IMG/VR virus record: IMGVR_UViG_2541047794_000002
Location: 1-51,929 of that record
Direction: 5' to 3' (one strand)
DNA length: 51,929 bases
Source: a virus
Lineage: Duplodnaviria > Heunggongvirae > Uroviricota > Caudoviricetes
Under the pieces are notes generated by a model. That model had not been told where the DNA came from, ran no database searches, and was given only the letters and a program-made list of their open reading frames with translations. The translations under genes and the position numbers were made by a program. Every line of letters starts with the position of its first letter. Position 1 is the stretch's first letter. Below are positions 9,739 through 24,549 of the stretch, one piece after another.

Positions 9739-11265
9739 ATGAAAAAAGCCATAGCATATATGCGATTTTCATCACCAGGTCAGATGTCTGGTGATTCATT
9801 AAACCGCCAGAGAAGGCTTATTACTGAATGGCTAAAGGTAAATAGTGATTATTACCTTGATACCGTAACGTATGAAGATTTGGGGTTAAGCGCATTCAAT
9901 GGAAAGCATGCACAATCAGGAGCTTTTTCGGAATTTTTAGATGCTATAGAACATGGTTACATATTGCCAGGGACTACATTGTTAGTTGAAAGTCTGGACA
10001 GACTTTCAAGAGAAAAAGTCGGTGAAGCGATTGAGCGTCTGAAATTGATTTTGAATCACGGTATTGATGTTATAACTCTTTGCGATAATACAGTCTATAA
10101 TATAGACTCATTGAATGAGCCATATTCATTAATAAAAGCCATACTTATAGCACAAAGGGCAAATGAAGAAAGCGAGATAAAGTCAAGTCGGGTTAAATTA
10201 TCATGGAAGAAAAAACGGCAGGATGCACTGGAATCAGGCACGATTATGACGGCGTCTTGTCCGAGATGGCTCTCATTGGATGACAAAAGAACAGCTTTTA
10301 TTCCAGACCCCGACAGGGTGAAAACGATTGAGCTAATTTTTAAACTCAGGATGGAAAGGCGATCATTGAATGCAATAGCTAAGTATTTAAATGATCATGC
10401 TGTAAAAAATTTTTCAGGAAAAGAAAGTGCATGGGGGCCTTCTGTAATTGAAAAATTATTAGCGAATAAAGCTCTGATAGGTATATGCGTACCTTCATAT
10501 CGTGCAAGAGGGAAAGGGATAAGTGAAATCGCTGGCTATTATCCCAGAGTCATATCAGATGATTTGTTTTACGCTGTACAGGAAATTCGGTTGGCACCTT
10601 TTGGTATTAGCAATAGTAGCAAGAATCCTATGCTAATAAATCTACTTCGAACAGTTATGAAGTGTGAGGCTTGTGGTAATACCATGATTGTTCATGCGGT
10701 ATCTGGACGTTTGCATGGCTATTATGTTTGTCCGATGAGAAGATTACATCGATGTGACAGGCCATCAATAAAAAGAGATTTGGTTGATTATAATATCATT
10801 AATGAATTGCTTTTTAATTGTAGCAAAATTCAACCAGTTGAAAACAAGAAAGATGCTAATGAAACTTTAGAGTTAAAAATTATTGAGCTTCAGATGAAAA
10901 TTAATAATTTAATCGTTGCATTGTCTGTCGCGCCTGAAGTTACCGCTATAGCAGAGAAAATAAGACTATTAGATAAGGAATTACGAAGGGCTTCGGTATC
11001 ATTAAAAACTTTGAAGAGTAAAGGGGTGAGTTCACTTGGTGATTTTCATGCTATTGATTTAACCAGTAAAAATGGGCGAGAGCTATGTCGTACACTTGCC
11101 TATAAAATATTCGAAAAAATTATAATTAATACAGATAATAAAACCTGTGATATCTATTTTATGAATGGCATTGTTTTTAAACACTATCCTTTAATGAAAG
11201 TAATATCCGCCCAGCAGGCGATAAGCACTCTTAAATATATGGTTGATGGTGAGATTTATTTTTGA
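9739..11265 (+). CDS. ybcK: Large serine recombinase (YbcK-like)
   Basis: 508 aa; N-terminal resolvase motif YMRFSSPGQ with catalytic Ser; AT-rich gene. Confidence 0.8.
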   Translation: MKKAIAYMRFSSPGQMSGDSLNRQRRLITEWLKVNSDYYLDTVTYEDLGLSAFNGKHAQSGAFSEFLDAIEHGYILPGTTLLVESLDRLSREKVGEAIERLKLILNHGIDVITLCDNTVYNIDSLNEPYSLIKAILIAQRANEESEIKSSRVKLSWKKKRQDALESGTIMTASCPRWLSLDDKRTAFIPDPDRVKTIELIFKLRMERRSLNAIAKYLNDHAVKNFSGKESAWGPSVIEKLLANKALIGICVPSYRARGKGISEIAGYYPRVISDDLFYAVQEIRLAPFGISNSSKNPMLINLLRTVMKCEACGNTMIVHAVSGRLHGYYVCPMRRLHRCDRPSIKRDLVDYNIINELLFNCSKIQPVENKKDANETLELKIIELQMKINNLIVALSVAPEVTAIAEKIRLLDKELRRASVSLKTLKSKGVSSLGDFHAIDLTSKNGRELCRTLAYKIFEKIIINTDNKTCDIYFMNGIVFKHYPLMKVISAQQAISTLKYMVDGEIYF

Positions 11266-11589
11266 GTAATAATCACTTTTTCAACCGTGCTATGGTATGA
11301 AAGTAAAGTAACTACTATGATATTAACTATCTTGAACGAAGCGCCCTGAGCTATAGTTTTACTATAGGCACTGCCACTGGATGTTGGCATTCTCGCTCTA
11401 GTAGCTCAACAATACCCAATCACAAAACAATTCACTGATAACAAACTTTGTGCACGTGCTTAGTTATGGCGAACAGGTGATGTTAACCTCCTGCCAGAAT
11501 GCCACTCCACTTCATTAAGTATCTGAGCACCGAGAGGCTGGTCACGCCCCCATTAAAAATAATTTCTTTTGAATCGAGTGAAATAGGTT

Positions 11590-11615
11590 AGCCCGCATAA
11601 GTGCGGGCTGCTTTT
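11590..11615 (+). terminator. Putative rho-independent terminator
   Basis: GCCCGCATAAGTGCGGGC hairpin followed by TGCTTTTT. Confidence 0.5.
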
Positions 11616-12658
11616 TACAGGTCAGCGTTTGTTTTTTGTTGTTGGGTAGCGGTTTTTATGGGGGTTCCCAGGTTTTTAGTAAACCACTCAACAACTCTGT
11701 TTATAATAATTGGCTGATACCATGTATTATCGCCATGCTCAGCCCCTTCTACCAGAACGTACTCAGCGTTATCGCCGTTCTTCTTCAACATCCTGAATAG
11801 TTTGGCGCTTTGCTCAGGTGAAACCAGAGTGTCTTTGCTACCATGCATAATAAGAAATGGGGGGTTTACTCCTTTCATATGTCCGATTGGACTGGCGTTT
11901 AGCGCTTTTTCTTTTGACGCTGTGATGGGGGCTCCCGCAAAATTTCTGAATGCAGGGCCATTGATCATTAAGGCTTCGGTTACGGCAGGAGAGCGATGAA
12001 CCTCCTGCACTGATTCAGGGAACCCCTCGCCAATATTCAACAAGTCAGAAATCCCATAAAGTGTGGCAACTGCCTGAACATCTGAGGATTGCTGAAGAAA
12101 GTCACCTTTATCAAAGGTTTTGTCACCATTTGTAGTTCCCATCATCTGAGCAAGCCATCCACCGGCAGAGTCACCCAGAACTCCGATTCTTTGAGGATCA
12201 ATCCCATAATTGCTGGCATGCTCTCTCAGGTAACGTATTGCAGCTTTTCCATCCTCAACTGGTGCTGGAAATGTATCAGGAATTGTTCTGTATTCTACAG
12301 CGGCCACAACAAAACCAGCTTCTGCCAGAGCCATTCTCATTTCAATAAATTTGTCATGTTCAGAAGACATGAATCCGCCGCCGGGATAATAAATAATGGC
12401 TGGTTTTAAATCATTTGTTCGCGGGACAAGAACTGACATGTGAAGCTGTCTGACAGAACGAGTTCCTTTTATCTGGGAATAAACAACATCACCAATGAGA
12501 TCGACCTGGTTTCTGGTCGGTGAAACACTAATGATATCTGCACCCGGGGTGTAACCAGGAAGATTAGTCTGGACAGGTGTTGCACAACTCCCGACCGACA
12601 TGGCCATTGACATACCATACAATAGTGTTGCAGATGATAATATCTTGTTAATTTTCAT
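11615..12658 (-). CDS. Secreted lipoprotein alpha/beta-hydrolase (esterase/lipase-like)
   Basis: 347 aa; signal peptide with lipobox (MSVGSC); GDSAGG nucleophile-elbow motif and HGSKD motif. Confidence 0.8.
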   Translation of the reverse strand: MKINKILSSATLLYGMSMAMSVGSCATPVQTNLPGYTPGADIISVSPTRNQVDLIGDVVYSQIKGTRSVRQLHMSVLVPRTNDLKPAIIYYPGGGFMSSEHDKFIEMRMALAEAGFVVAAVEYRTIPDTFPAPVEDGKAAIRYLREHASNYGIDPQRIGVLGDSAGGWLAQMMGTTNGDKTFDKGDFLQQSSDVQAVATLYGISDLLNIGEGFPESVQEVHRSPAVTEALMINGPAFRNFAGAPITASKEKALNASPIGHMKGVNPPFLIMHGSKDTLVSPEQSAKLFRMLKKNGDNAEYVLVEGAEHGDNTWYQPIIINRVVEWFTKNLGTPIKTATQQQKTNADL

Positions 12659-13105
12659 GTTTTACATGCCTTGACTTATCGGATGAAATTCTCTTACTGA
12701 ATTTAACGGCAGTTTAATAGCCGTACAACTCGTGGTAGCCAGGGAAATATCCCAGTCGTGGTTAAGGTTGTACTTGACGGCTATTATTTCAACAATGCTT
12801 AAAGTGAGAGCTTAAGGTTATGCGTATGTTTTACAGTCCGAGTAGATTCTGACCAATAGCTTCTTTGTATAATTCTGTCAGAAATAAATCTTGGCTTGCA
12901 TGAAGTTTGAGACCTTATCTTGTTTGATTATGAATAATCAATTCGCCATAATTGTATCACCGGAGCCTGAACAACTCCGGTGACTTCTGCGCTAAACGGG
13001 GACGTTTATGCGCACACACAATCCAAACTCTCTTCTCCCTTCACAGATGCAGAAATGCACCTGCGTTTTTTTGCATCCAGCGTCTGACCTCTGTGGAGGT
13101 GAAGC

Positions 13106-13561
13106 GTGAACCTACCACAAGATGGCATCAAACTGCATCGCGGTAACTTCATCGCTATCGGCCAGCAGATCCAGCCTTATCTGGAGAACGGAAAATGCTT
13201 TCGCATGGTGCTTAAACCGTGGCGTGAGAAACGCAGTCTTTCCCAGAATGCACTCAGCCACATGTGGTACAGCGAAATCAGTGAATACCTCATCAGCAGG
13301 GGGAAATCGTTCGCTACCGCAGCATGGGTAAAAGATGCTCTCAAACACACATACCTCGGTTATGAAACCAAGGACCTGGTTGATGTCGTAACCGGCGAAA
13401 TCACTACTATCCAGTCGTTACGCCATACCTCCGATCTCGATACCGGAGAGATGTATGTCTTCCTGTGTAAGGTTGAAGCCTGGGCGGTGAATATTGGCTG
13501 CCACCTGACTATTCCGCAGAGCTGCGAGTTCCAGCTGCTGCGCGACAAGCAGGAGGCGTAA
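13106..13561 (+). CDS. ybcN: NinB-like recombination protein (YbcN)
   Basis: 151 aa matching DLP12 YbcN. Confidence 0.85.
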   Translation: MNLPQDGIKLHRGNFIAIGQQIQPYLENGKCFRMVLKPWREKRSLSQNALSHMWYSEISEYLISRGKSFATAAWVKDALKHTYLGYETKDLVDVVTGEITTIQSLRHTSDLDTGEMYVFLCKVEAWAVNIGCHLTIPQSCEFQLLRDKQEA

Positions 13562-13731
13562 TGGCTACACCGCTTATTCGTGTCATGAACGGACACATCT
13601 ACAGAGTACCAAATCGTCGTAAGCGTAAGCCTGAGCTGAAACCATCCGAAATACCAACACTGCTCGGATATACCGCCAGCCTGGTTGATAAAAAATGGTT
13701 GCGACTGGCAGCAAGGAGGAATCATGGCTGA
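13561..13731 (+). CDS. ninE: NinE-like small protein
   Basis: 56 codons [56 protein letters not shown]; start overlaps the ybcN stop (TAATG). Confidence 0.7.
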   Translation: MATPLIRVMNGHIYRVPNRRKRKPELKPSEIPTLLGYTASLVDKKWLRLAARRNHG

Positions 13732-14014
13732 TTTGAGAAAAGCAGCACGTGGTCGGGAATGCCAGGTAAGAATCCCTGGCGTATGTAATGGCAATCCTGA
13801 AACGTCAGTACTGGCACATATCCGGCTGGCTGGATTGTGCGGCACCGGTATTAAACCGCCAGACCTTATTGCCACCATTGCATGTTCTGACTGTCACGAC
13901 GAGATCGACCGTCGCACGCATTTTGTTGACGCTGGATATGCAAAAGAATGCGCGCTGGAAGGTATGGCGAGAACGCAGGTTATCTGGCTGAAAGAGGGGG
14001 TAATTAAGGCGTGA
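13724..14014 (+). CDS. ybcO: YbcO (DLP12 nin-region protein with a conserved Cys/His cluster)
   Basis: From internal [40 protein letters not shown]... matches DLP12 YbcO; Cys/His cluster. Confidence 0.85.
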   Translation: MADLRKAARGRECQVRIPGVCNGNPETSVLAHIRLAGLCGTGIKPPDLIATIACSDCHDEIDRRTHFVDAGYAKECALEGMARTQVIWLKEGVIKA

Positions 14015-14373
14015 ATACTTACCATATCACACTACCCTGGCCGCCGAGCAATAATCGCTATTACCGCCATAATCGTGGGCGCACGCACGTCAGCGCAGAG
14101 GGGCAAGCATACCGCGATAATGTCGCCCGAATCATTAAAAACGCAATGCTGGATATCGGCCTGGCTATTCCTGTGAAAATCAGCATTGAGTGCCACATGC
14201 CGGATCGCCGTCGCCGTGACCTTGATAATCTGCAAAAGGCCGCTTTTGACGCACTCACCAAAGCAGGTTTCTGGCTGGATGATGCTCAGGTCGTTGATTA
14301 CCGCGTTGTGAAGATGCCCGTTACCAAAGGTGGGAAGCTGGAGCTGACCATCACCGAAATGGGGAATGAATGA
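14011..14373 (+). CDS. rusA: RusA Holliday-junction resolvase
   Basis: 120 aa; [23 protein letters not shown]... is E. coli RusA. Confidence 0.9.
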   Translation: MNTYHITLPWPPSNNRYYRHNRGRTHVSAEGQAYRDNVARIIKNAMLDIGLAIPVKISIECHMPDRRRRDLDNLQKAAFDALTKAGFWLDDAQVVDYRVVKMPVTKGGKLELTITEMGNE

Positions 14374-14510
14374 TATTTGAGTTTTATATGGCAGAACGTC
14401 TTCGCCACCGCTGGATGCGCCTGCGCTTATATCGTTTTCCTGGTTCTGTTTTGGCCGATTACCGGATACTGAAGAATTACGCCAAAACACTGAAAGGAGC
14501 ATGTGTATGA
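14370..14510 (+). CDS. ylcG: YlcG small protein
   Basis: 46-aa [49 protein letters not shown] overlapping the rusA stop. Confidence 0.65.
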   Translation: MIFEFYMAERLRHRWMRLRLYRFPGSVLADYRILKNYAKTLKGACV

Positions 14511-14595
14511 AGTCAGAGATAACAATCGACTAATACTGTTTTGTTGATTTTTGCTTGTAATTGGCGTTCTGGCCTAATTTTTGTGGAGTAAGTTG

Positions 14596-14979
14596 ATGCG
14601 TGATGTTCAGATGGTTCTTGAGCGTTGGGGGGCGTGGGCAGCTAATAATCATGAAGATGTGACCTGGTCGTCCATTGCTGCCGGTTTTAAGGGATTAATT
14701 CCTTCAAAAGTAAAATCTCGCCCGCAATGTTGTGACGATGACGCGATGATCATTTGCGGGTGCATGGCCCGTCTGAAAAAGAACAACAGCGATTTACACG
14801 ATTTATTAGTAGATTATTATGTATGTGGTATGACATTCATGTCACTGGCAAGTAAGCATTGCTGCTCGGATGGTTATATCGGGAAAAGGTTACAGAAGGC
14901 TGAGGGCATAATTGAAGGGATGTTAATGGCATTAGATATCCGGTTAGATATGGATATCGTTGCTAATAATTCTAATTGA
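14596..14979 (+). CDS. quuD: Late-gene antiterminator Q (Q82/QuuD type)
   Basis: From Met at 14596: [33 protein letters not shown]... matches DLP12 QuuD. Confidence 0.85.
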   Translation: MRDVQMVLERWGAWAANNHEDVTWSSIAAGFKGLIPSKVKSRPQCCDDDAMIICGCMARLKKNNSDLHDLLVDYYVCGMTFMSLASKHCCSDGYIGKRLQKAEGIIEGMLMALDIRLDMDIVANNSN

Positions 14980-15120
14980 TATGCAATTGTTTACTAAAAG
15001 TTATTAAAAATGGGGCGTGGAAACGCCCCCAAAATAAAGGGTAATATATAACAGAAGGTTTATATAGTAAGAAGCAAGGTAGTGCTTCTAAAGGAAGTGG
15101 CTTGAGGGCTCCACTTATAT

Positions 15121-15158
15121 GTTGCGGAGGCAAAGCCTCCCGCAACATATCTTTTTCG
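15121..15158. terminator. Hairpin terminator between quuD and the convergent nmpC
   Basis: GTTGCGGAGGC-aaa-GCCTCCCGCAAC perfect stem followed by ATATCTTTTT. Confidence 0.55.
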
Positions 15159-15167
15159 TAAGTCAGA

Positions 15168-16250
15168 TTAGAACTGATAAACCAGACCTACAGCGACGAT
15201 GTCGTCGGTATCAATACCAGCTGTTTTGGTAAACTTACTATCGTCAATTAAGTTGATTTTGTAATCAACAAAAGTGGACATGTTTTTATTAAAGTAGTAA
15301 GTAGCACCGACATCGACATACTTGACTAAGTCTCGGTCACCATGAACACCAAGGTCTTTACCTTTTGACTGAAGGTAAGCAACAGATGGGCGCAGACCGA
15401 AGTCAAACTGATATTGTGCTACTGCTTCAAAGTTTTGTGCTTTGTTTGCAATATGGTTATTACCAAAAACGGTCATATTCTGAGTTTCAGAATATGTGGT
15501 AGCCAGATAGATATTGTTCGCATCATATTTCAGGCCTGCAGCCCATACTTCCGCATTTTTGCCGGAGGCATTGAATTTGCTCTTACCATAGGCGACCTGA
15601 CCGTCAGTGCGATCTGATTTAGCATAGGTTGCACCCACGCCGAATCCTTCATACTCATAAGTAGTGGAGAAACCGAAACCATCACCATTGGCTTCAGTTA
15701 CGTCAGTGCGGTCATTTTTACCCTGATACTGAGCAGCAAAGTTCAGGCCATCGACCAGACCAAAGAAGTCGTTGTTACGATAAGTTGCAACACCAGTAGT
15801 GCGACCAGTCATGAACACATCTGTTTGGGTCCAGGTATCACCACCGAATTCTGGCAGAACGTCAGTCCACGCACCGATGTCGTATGCTACACCGTAGTTA
15901 CGGCCGTAATCGATTGAGCCGTAATCACCAAATTTCAGGCCTGCAAATGCAAGACGGGTTTTGTCTTTGGAAGAACCTTGAGATTCAGCACGGTTGCCTT
16001 TGAATTCATATTCCCACTGACCGAAACCAGTCAGTTGATCGTTGATTTGGGTTTCACCTTTGAAGCCAAGACGGGCATAAGTAGTATCACCATCATCTGC
16101 ATCATTAGAGGAGAAGTAGTGCTTGGCATTAACTTTCCCGTATAGATCCAGCTTGTTACTGTCTTTATTATAAATTTCAGCTGCCTGAGCAGACATCGCC
16201 ATCAGTACTGATGCAGCTACAGCAGAAATTGCCACTGTTAATTTTTTCAT
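15168..16250 (-). CDS. nmpC: Outer-membrane porin NmpC (OmpC/OmpF family), intact
   Basis: From [23 protein letters not shown] signal peptide; 16-strand porin sequence ending in the C-terminal ...VGLVYQF motif. Confidence 0.9.
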   Translation of the reverse strand: MKKLTVAISAVAASVLMAMSAQAAEIYNKDSNKLDLYGKVNAKHYFSSNDADDGDTTYARLGFKGETQINDQLTGFGQWEYEFKGNRAESQGSSKDKTRLAFAGLKFGDYGSIDYGRNYGVAYDIGAWTDVLPEFGGDTWTQTDVFMTGRTTGVATYRNNDFFGLVDGLNFAAQYQGKNDRTDVTEANGDGFGFSTTYEYEGFGVGATYAKSDRTDGQVAYGKSKFNASGKNAEVWAAGLKYDANNIYLATTYSETQNMTVFGNNHIANKAQNFEAVAQYQFDFGLRPSVAYLQSKGKDLGVHGDRDLVKYVDVGATYYFNKNMSTFVDYKINLIDDSKFTKTAGIDTDDIVAVGLVYQF

Positions 16251-16599
16251 TGTACGCCCTTTTTTTGAACTATTATTAAAAAATGATGTCACTGCGCGAT
16301 AAATATTCATCTAATCAATGTGATTATTTCAAGATGTAAGTTTTAGTTTCTCATTTAATTTGTGAAGTAGATCTCTATTTTTATCTGAACCTTTTCTATC
16401 TAATCCTATTCATGGCTCTTGTTTGAACGAAAATAAATCTATTAGCTAATTTATATTAATGGCACTTATTTATAAGCGCTCTATAATTCTTTAGCTTAAT
16501 TTAAACAAACTAAAAATAACATCGGAAATTATTCATTGGTTATTTGTTGAAGTTTTCTTATGTATTTGTGGTGGTGTTTTGAACACTCGGTGGCATTCT

Positions 16600-16677
16600 C
16601 ACAAATATCATTTAGTAGTTTACGTACGTAAAAAATTGGTTATGCTGTTAAGAGTGGTTACTTCGTCACACAGCTTA
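16600..16677 (+). promoter_or_regulatory. Putative late promoter pR' and Q-utilisation region
   Basis: AT-rich region upstream of a short hairpin terminator and the lysis genes; position equivalent to lambda pR'/qut. Not verified. Confidence 0.4.
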
Positions 16678-16710
16678 AACCCGCCGTCGAGCGGGTTTTT
16701 CCATTTTTTG
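16678..16710 (+). terminator. tR'-like terminator upstream of the lysis cassette
   Basis: ACCCGC-cgtcga-GCGGGT hairpin followed by TTTTTCCATTTTTT. Confidence 0.65.
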
Positions 16711-16838
16711 AGTCTCGATATTAGCTGATAACCCAATACCTGAGTTATTCACTGACTCCGAATCTGTTACGTTTCTGCCTTTATTGCGATACGTAGTATC
16801 CCCTTAATTTACACCCGCTTTGTCTGCGAGGTGGGGTT

Positions 16839-17054
16839 ATGAAATCCATGGATAAGTTAACAACGGGTGTCGCCTATGGTACCTCAGCAGGTAGTGCCGG
16901 GTACTGGTTTTTACAGTTGCTCGATAAAGTCACGCCCTCACAGTGGGCGGCAATAGGTGTGCTGGGTAGTCTGGTATTTGGCTTGCTGACGTATCTGACA
17001 AACCTTTATTTCAAGATTAAAGAAGATAAGCGTAAGGCTGCGAGAGGTGAATAA
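16839..17054 (+). CDS. essD: Holin (phage 21 S-type)
   Basis: 71 aa [29 protein letters not shown]... matches DLP12 EssD. Confidence 0.9.
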
Positions 17055-17551
17055 TGTCGCCATCATTACGCAAGGCTATTGCTGCTGCTATTGGTGGTGG
17101 GGCTGTTGCCATAGCGTCTGTGCTCATCACTGGTCCGAGTGGTGACGATGGCCTGGAAGGTGTCAGCTACATACCATACAAAGATATCGTTGGCGTATGG
17201 ACTGTATGTCACGGACACACCGGAAAAGACATCATGCTCGGTAAAACGTATACCGAAGCAGAATGCAAAGCCCTCCTGAATAAAGACCTTGCCACTGTCG
17301 CCAGACAAATTAACCCGTACATCAAAGTCGATATACCGGAAACAACGCGCGGCGCTCTTTACTCGTTCGTTTACAACGTGGGCGCTGGCAATTTCAGAAC
17401 ATCGACGCTTCTTCGCAAAATAAACCAGGGCGATATCAAAGGCGCATGTGATCAGCTACGGCGCTGGACATACGCTGGCGGTAAGCAATGGAAAGGGCTG
17501 ATGACTCGCCGTGAGATTGAGCGTGAAGTCTGTTTGTGGGGGCAACAATGA
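17054..17551 (+). CDS. rrrD: Endolysin (T4-lysozyme-like, signal-anchor-release type)
   Basis: 165 aa with N-terminal SAR segment and lysozyme catalytic motif (phage 21 R / RrrD). Confidence 0.9.
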   Translation: MSPSLRKAIAAAIGGGAVAIASVLITGPSGDDGLEGVSYIPYKDIVGVWTVCHGHTGKDIMLGKTYTEAECKALLNKDLATVARQINPYIKVDIPETTRGALYSFVYNVGAGNFRTSTLLRKINQGDIKGACDQLRRWTYAGGKQWKGLMTRREIEREVCLWGQQ

Positions 17552-17991
17552 GCAGAGTAACCGCGATTATCTCCGCTCTGGTTATCTGCATCATCGTCTG
17601 CCTGTCATGGGCTGTTAATCATTACCGTGATAACGCCATCGCCTACAAAGAGCAGCGCGACAAAGCCGCATCTACTATCGCTGACATGCAGAAGCGTCAA
17701 CGTGATGTAGCAGAACTCGACGCCAGATACACAAAGGAGCTTGCTGATGCTAACGCGACTATCGAAAGTCTACGTGCTGATGTTTTTGCTGGTCGTAAGT
17801 GGCTGCGCGTCAAAGCAGTCTGTCCGGACATGCATAAAACCACCGCCGCCTCCGGCGTGGATGATGGTGCCAGCCCCAGACTTACTGACACCGCTCAACG
17901 GGATTATTTCGTTCTCAGAGAGCGCATCGAAACCGTAACTAACCAATTGAATGGTCTGCAAGAGTATGTGAGATCACTGTGTTCATATTAG
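17548..17991 (+). CDS. rzpD: Rz inner-membrane spanin
   Basis: From [30 protein letters not shown]...; Rz family. Confidence 0.85.
   Translation: MSRVTAIISALVICIIVCLSWAVNHYRDNAIAYKEQRDKAASTIADMQKRQRDVAELDARYTKELADANATIESLRADVFAGRKWLRVKAVCPDMHKTTAASGVDDGASPRLTDTAQRDYFVLRERIETVTNQLNGLQEYVRSLCSY
17741..17938 (+). CDS. rzoD: Rz1 outer-membrane lipoprotein spanin, embedded in the +1 frame of Rz
   Basis: Lipobox VVSGC and proline-rich PPPPPAW motif; embedded-gene architecture. Start codon uncertain. Confidence 0.6.
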   Translation: MLMLTRLSKVYVLMFLLVVSGCASKQSVRTCIKPPPPPAWMMVPAPDLLTPLNGIISFSESASKP

Positions 17992-18029
17992 AAAAGTCTT
18001 ATCATAAGATTTTTGTATATGGATGCATT

Positions 18030-18404
18030 ATGTCTCAATACGCTCAAGCCGCTTTAAATGCTTATCAATTGGTTGCTCATAACTCAATGTCTCCTCGTGA
18101 TGCATGGGAGGCTGCTGTCGCTGAGGTTACAGAAAGCGAATCGGCAAGAAAGAAGGGATGCCCAAGGGCAACGTTTCTCGCTCTGGCGGATAGCGGTTAT
18201 CTGAAGAATGTAAAACAACATCATGGGGAGAAAAAGATCGGTAAGTTGTACCAAAGGGCAATTGAAGTTGCGAATCTGATTCTTGATTTACCCGGAATTA
18301 GCAAAGCTGAGCTAGTTGATAAAACTTGCTATAAAGACAGGCAAGGATCTTATGACATTGCTCTAACTCTCGCTCAGCACGGATTACTCCAGCGTCCTCA
18401 ATAA
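18030..18404 (+). CDS. Hypothetical moron protein downstream of the lysis cassette
   Basis: 124-aa ORF from MSQYAQAALNAYQL..., AT-rich upstream region, own terminator downstream; not present in lambda at this position. Confidence 0.5.
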   Translation: MSQYAQAALNAYQLVAHNSMSPRDAWEAAVAEVTESESARKKGCPRATFLALADSGYLKNVKQHHGEKKIGKLYQRAIEVANLILDLPGISKAELVDKTCYKDRQGSYDIALTLAQHGLLQRPQ

Positions 18405-18421
18405 GATATTAAGTGATTTAT

Positions 18422-18448
18422 GGCCTCGCTTTTAGCGGGGCTTTTTCA
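18422..18448 (+). terminator. Rho-independent terminator
   Basis: GCCTCGC-tttta-GCGGGGC hairpin followed by TTTTTC. Confidence 0.6.
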
Positions 18449-18502
18449 TATCTGAATCTCACCATGCATATCATCACCTGACTGGAACGTCAGGAGAATT
18501 CG

Positions 18503-18754
18503 TTACCGGGATTCGATAAAGGTATTCAAGCCTGACACATTATGCGCTGTATCGTCGCCGTATTCCTGCATTAACCATGACCGTAGCCCGACGGGGAATT
18601 CCTTCTGCGCGAGTGTGCGGGAATAATCAAAAACGATGCACACCGGGTTTTTACCGCGTTTATTATTCGCGGGTTTGTCCCTCATGCTCGCCAGTCCTGT
18701 GCGGGGGTGGAAGAAACAGGACGTGTATTCAGGTCTGTCAGATATTGAATTCAT
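18503..18754 (-). CDS. Hypothetical small protein just upstream of cos
   Basis: 83-aa minus-strand ORF; no recognised domain; could be non-coding. Confidence 0.25.
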   Translation of the reverse strand: MNSISDRPEYTSCFFHPRTGLASMRDKPANNKRGKNPVCIVFDYSRTLAQKEFPVGLRSWLMQEYGDDTAHNVSGLNTFIESR

Positions 18755-18759
18755 TGCGA

Positions 18760-18990
18760 ATAAACCAGAACGCCTGCGGGTCCTTTCCGGCGATCCGACA
18801 GGTTACGGGGCGGCGACCTCGCGGGTTTTCGCTATTTATGAAAATTTTCCGGTTTAAGGCGTTTCCGTTCTTCTTCGCCGTAACTTAATGTTTTTATTTA
18901 AAACACTCCCTGAAAAGAAAGGAAACGACAGGTGCTGAAAACGGGCTTTTTGGCCTCTGTCGTTTCCTTTCTCTGTTTTTGTCCGTGGAA
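18760..18990. other. Prophage cos site (cosQ-cosN-cosB); cosN GGGCGGCGACCT at 18809..18820
   Basis: Near-identical to the lambda genome left end (GGGCGGCGACCTCGCGGGTTTTCGCTATTTATGAAAATTTTCCGG...), about 188 bp upstream of nu1. Confidence 0.85.
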
Positions 18991-18996
18991 TGAACA

Positions 18997-19516
18997 ATGG
19001 AAGTCAACAAAAAGCAGCTGGCTGACATTTTCGGCGCGAGTATCCGTACTATTCAGAACTGGCAGGAGCAGGGAATGCCCGTTCTGCGAGGCGGTGGGAA
19101 GGGTAATGAGGTGCTTTATGACTCTGCCGACGTCATAAAATGGTATGCCGAAAGGGATGCTGAAATTGAGAACGAAAAGCTGCGCCGGGAGGTTGAAGAA
19201 CTGCGACAGGCCAGCGAGACAGATCTCCAGCCAGGGACTATTGAGTACGAACGCCATCGACTTACGCGTGCGCAGGCCGACGCACAGGAGCTGAAAAATG
19301 CCAGAGACTCCGCTGAAGTGGTGGAAACCGCATTCTGTACTTTCGTGCTGTCGCGGATCGCAGGTGAAATTGCCAGTATTCTCGACGGGATCCCCCTGTC
19401 GGTGCAGCGGCGTTTTCCGGAACTGGAAAACCGACATGTTGATTTCCTGAAACGGGATATCATCAAAGCCATGAACAAAGCAGCCGCGCTGGATGAACTG
19501 ATACCGGGGTTGCTGA

Positions 19517-19542
<26 letters not shown>
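18997..19542 (+). CDS. nu1: Terminase small subunit Nu1
   Basis: 181 aa, near-identical to lambda Nu1. Confidence 0.95.
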
Positions 19543-23223
<3,681 letters not shown>

Positions 23224-23243
<20 letters not shown>

Positions 23244-24540
23244 TCTCCCGCATATTGCCAGCATGGCCTTTAATGAGCCGCTGATGCTTGAACCCGCCTA
23301 TGCGCGGGTTTTCTTTTGTGCGCTTGCAGGCCAGCTTGGGATCAGCCGCCTGACGGATGCGGTGTCCGGCGACAGCCTGACTGCCCAGGAGGCACTCGCG
23401 ACGCTGGCATTATCCGGTGATGATGACGGACCACGACAGGCCCGCAGTTATCAGGTCATGAACGGCATCGCCGTGCTGCCGGTGTCCGGCACGCTGGTCA
23501 GCCGGACGCGGGCGCTGCAGCCGTACTCGGGGATGACCGGTTACAACGGCATTATCGCCCGTCTGCAACAGGCTGCCAGCGACCCGATGGTGGACGGCAT
23601 TCTGCTCGATATGGACACGCCAGGCGGAATGGTGGCGGGGGCATTTGACTGCGCTGACATCATCGCCCGTGTGCGTGACATAAAACCGGTATGGGCGCTG
23701 GCCAACGACATGAACTGCAGTGCAGGTCAGCTGCTTGCCAGTGCCGCCTCCCGGCGTCTGGTCACGCAGACCGCCCGGACAGGCTCCATCGGCGTCATGA
23801 TGGCTCACAGTAATTACGGTGCTGCGCTGGAGAAACAGGGCGTGGAAATCACGCTGATTTACAGCGGCAGCCATAAGGTGGATGGCAACCCCTACAGCCA
23901 TCTTCCGGATGACGTCCGGGAGACACTGCAGTCCCGGATGGATGCAACCCGCCGGATGTTTGCGCAGAAGGTGTCGGCATATACCGGCCTGTCCGTGCAG
24001 GCTGTGCTGGATACCGAGGCTGCAGTGTACAGTGGTCAGGAGGCCATTGATGCCGGACTGGCTGATGAACTTGTTAACAGCACCGATGCGATCACCGTCA
24101 TGCGTGATGCACTGGATGCACGTAAATCCCGTCTCTCAGGAGGGCGAATGACCAAAGAGACTCAATCAACAACTGTTTCAGCCACTGCCTCGCAGGCTGA
24201 CGTTACTGACGTGGTGCCAGCGACGGAGGGCGACGCCAGCGCGGCGCAACCGGACGTGAACGTGCAGATCACCGCAGCGGTTGCGGCAGAAAACAGCCGC
24301 ATTATGGGGATCCTCAACTGTGAGGAGGCTCACGGACGCGAAGAACAGGCGCGCGTTCTGGCAGAACCCCCCGGAATGACCGTGGAAACGGCCCGCCGCA
24401 TTCTGGCCGCAGCACCACAGAGTGCACAGGCGCGCAGTGATACTGCGCTGGATCGTCTGATGCAGGGGGCTCCGGCACCGCTGGCTGCAGGTAACCTGGC
24501 ATCTGATGCCGTTAACGATTTGCTGAACACACCAGTGTAA
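23224..24540 (+). CDS. C: Head protease / minor capsid protein C
   Basis: GTG start as in lambda: (M)TAELRNLPHIASMAFNEPL...; ClpP-like S49 protease domain. Confidence 0.9.
23938..24540 (+). CDS. nu3: Scaffold protein Nu3 (in-frame internal start within C)
   Basis: In-frame ATG (MDATRRMFAQK...) at the position equivalent to the lambda Nu3 start; inferred from lambda organisation. Confidence 0.55.
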   Translation: MDATRRMFAQKVSAYTGLSVQAVLDTEAAVYSGQEAIDAGLADELVNSTDAITVMRDALDARKSRLSGGRMTKETQSTTVSATASQADVTDVVPATEGDASAAQPDVNVQITAAVAAENSRIMGILNCEEAHGREEQARVLAEPPGMTVETARRILAAAPQSAQARSDTALDRLMQGAPAPLAAGNLASDAVNDLLNTPV

Positions 24541-24549
24541 GGGATGTTT

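Noticed and set aside
18636-18857. 73-aa plus-strand ORF ending in ...RVLSGDPTGYGAATSRVFAIYENFPV
   Set aside because: It is a translation of the prophage cos site itself (cosQ-cosN-cosB), which is highly conserved non-coding DNA; the similar peptide at 34249..34461 is the same artefact over the element's cos.
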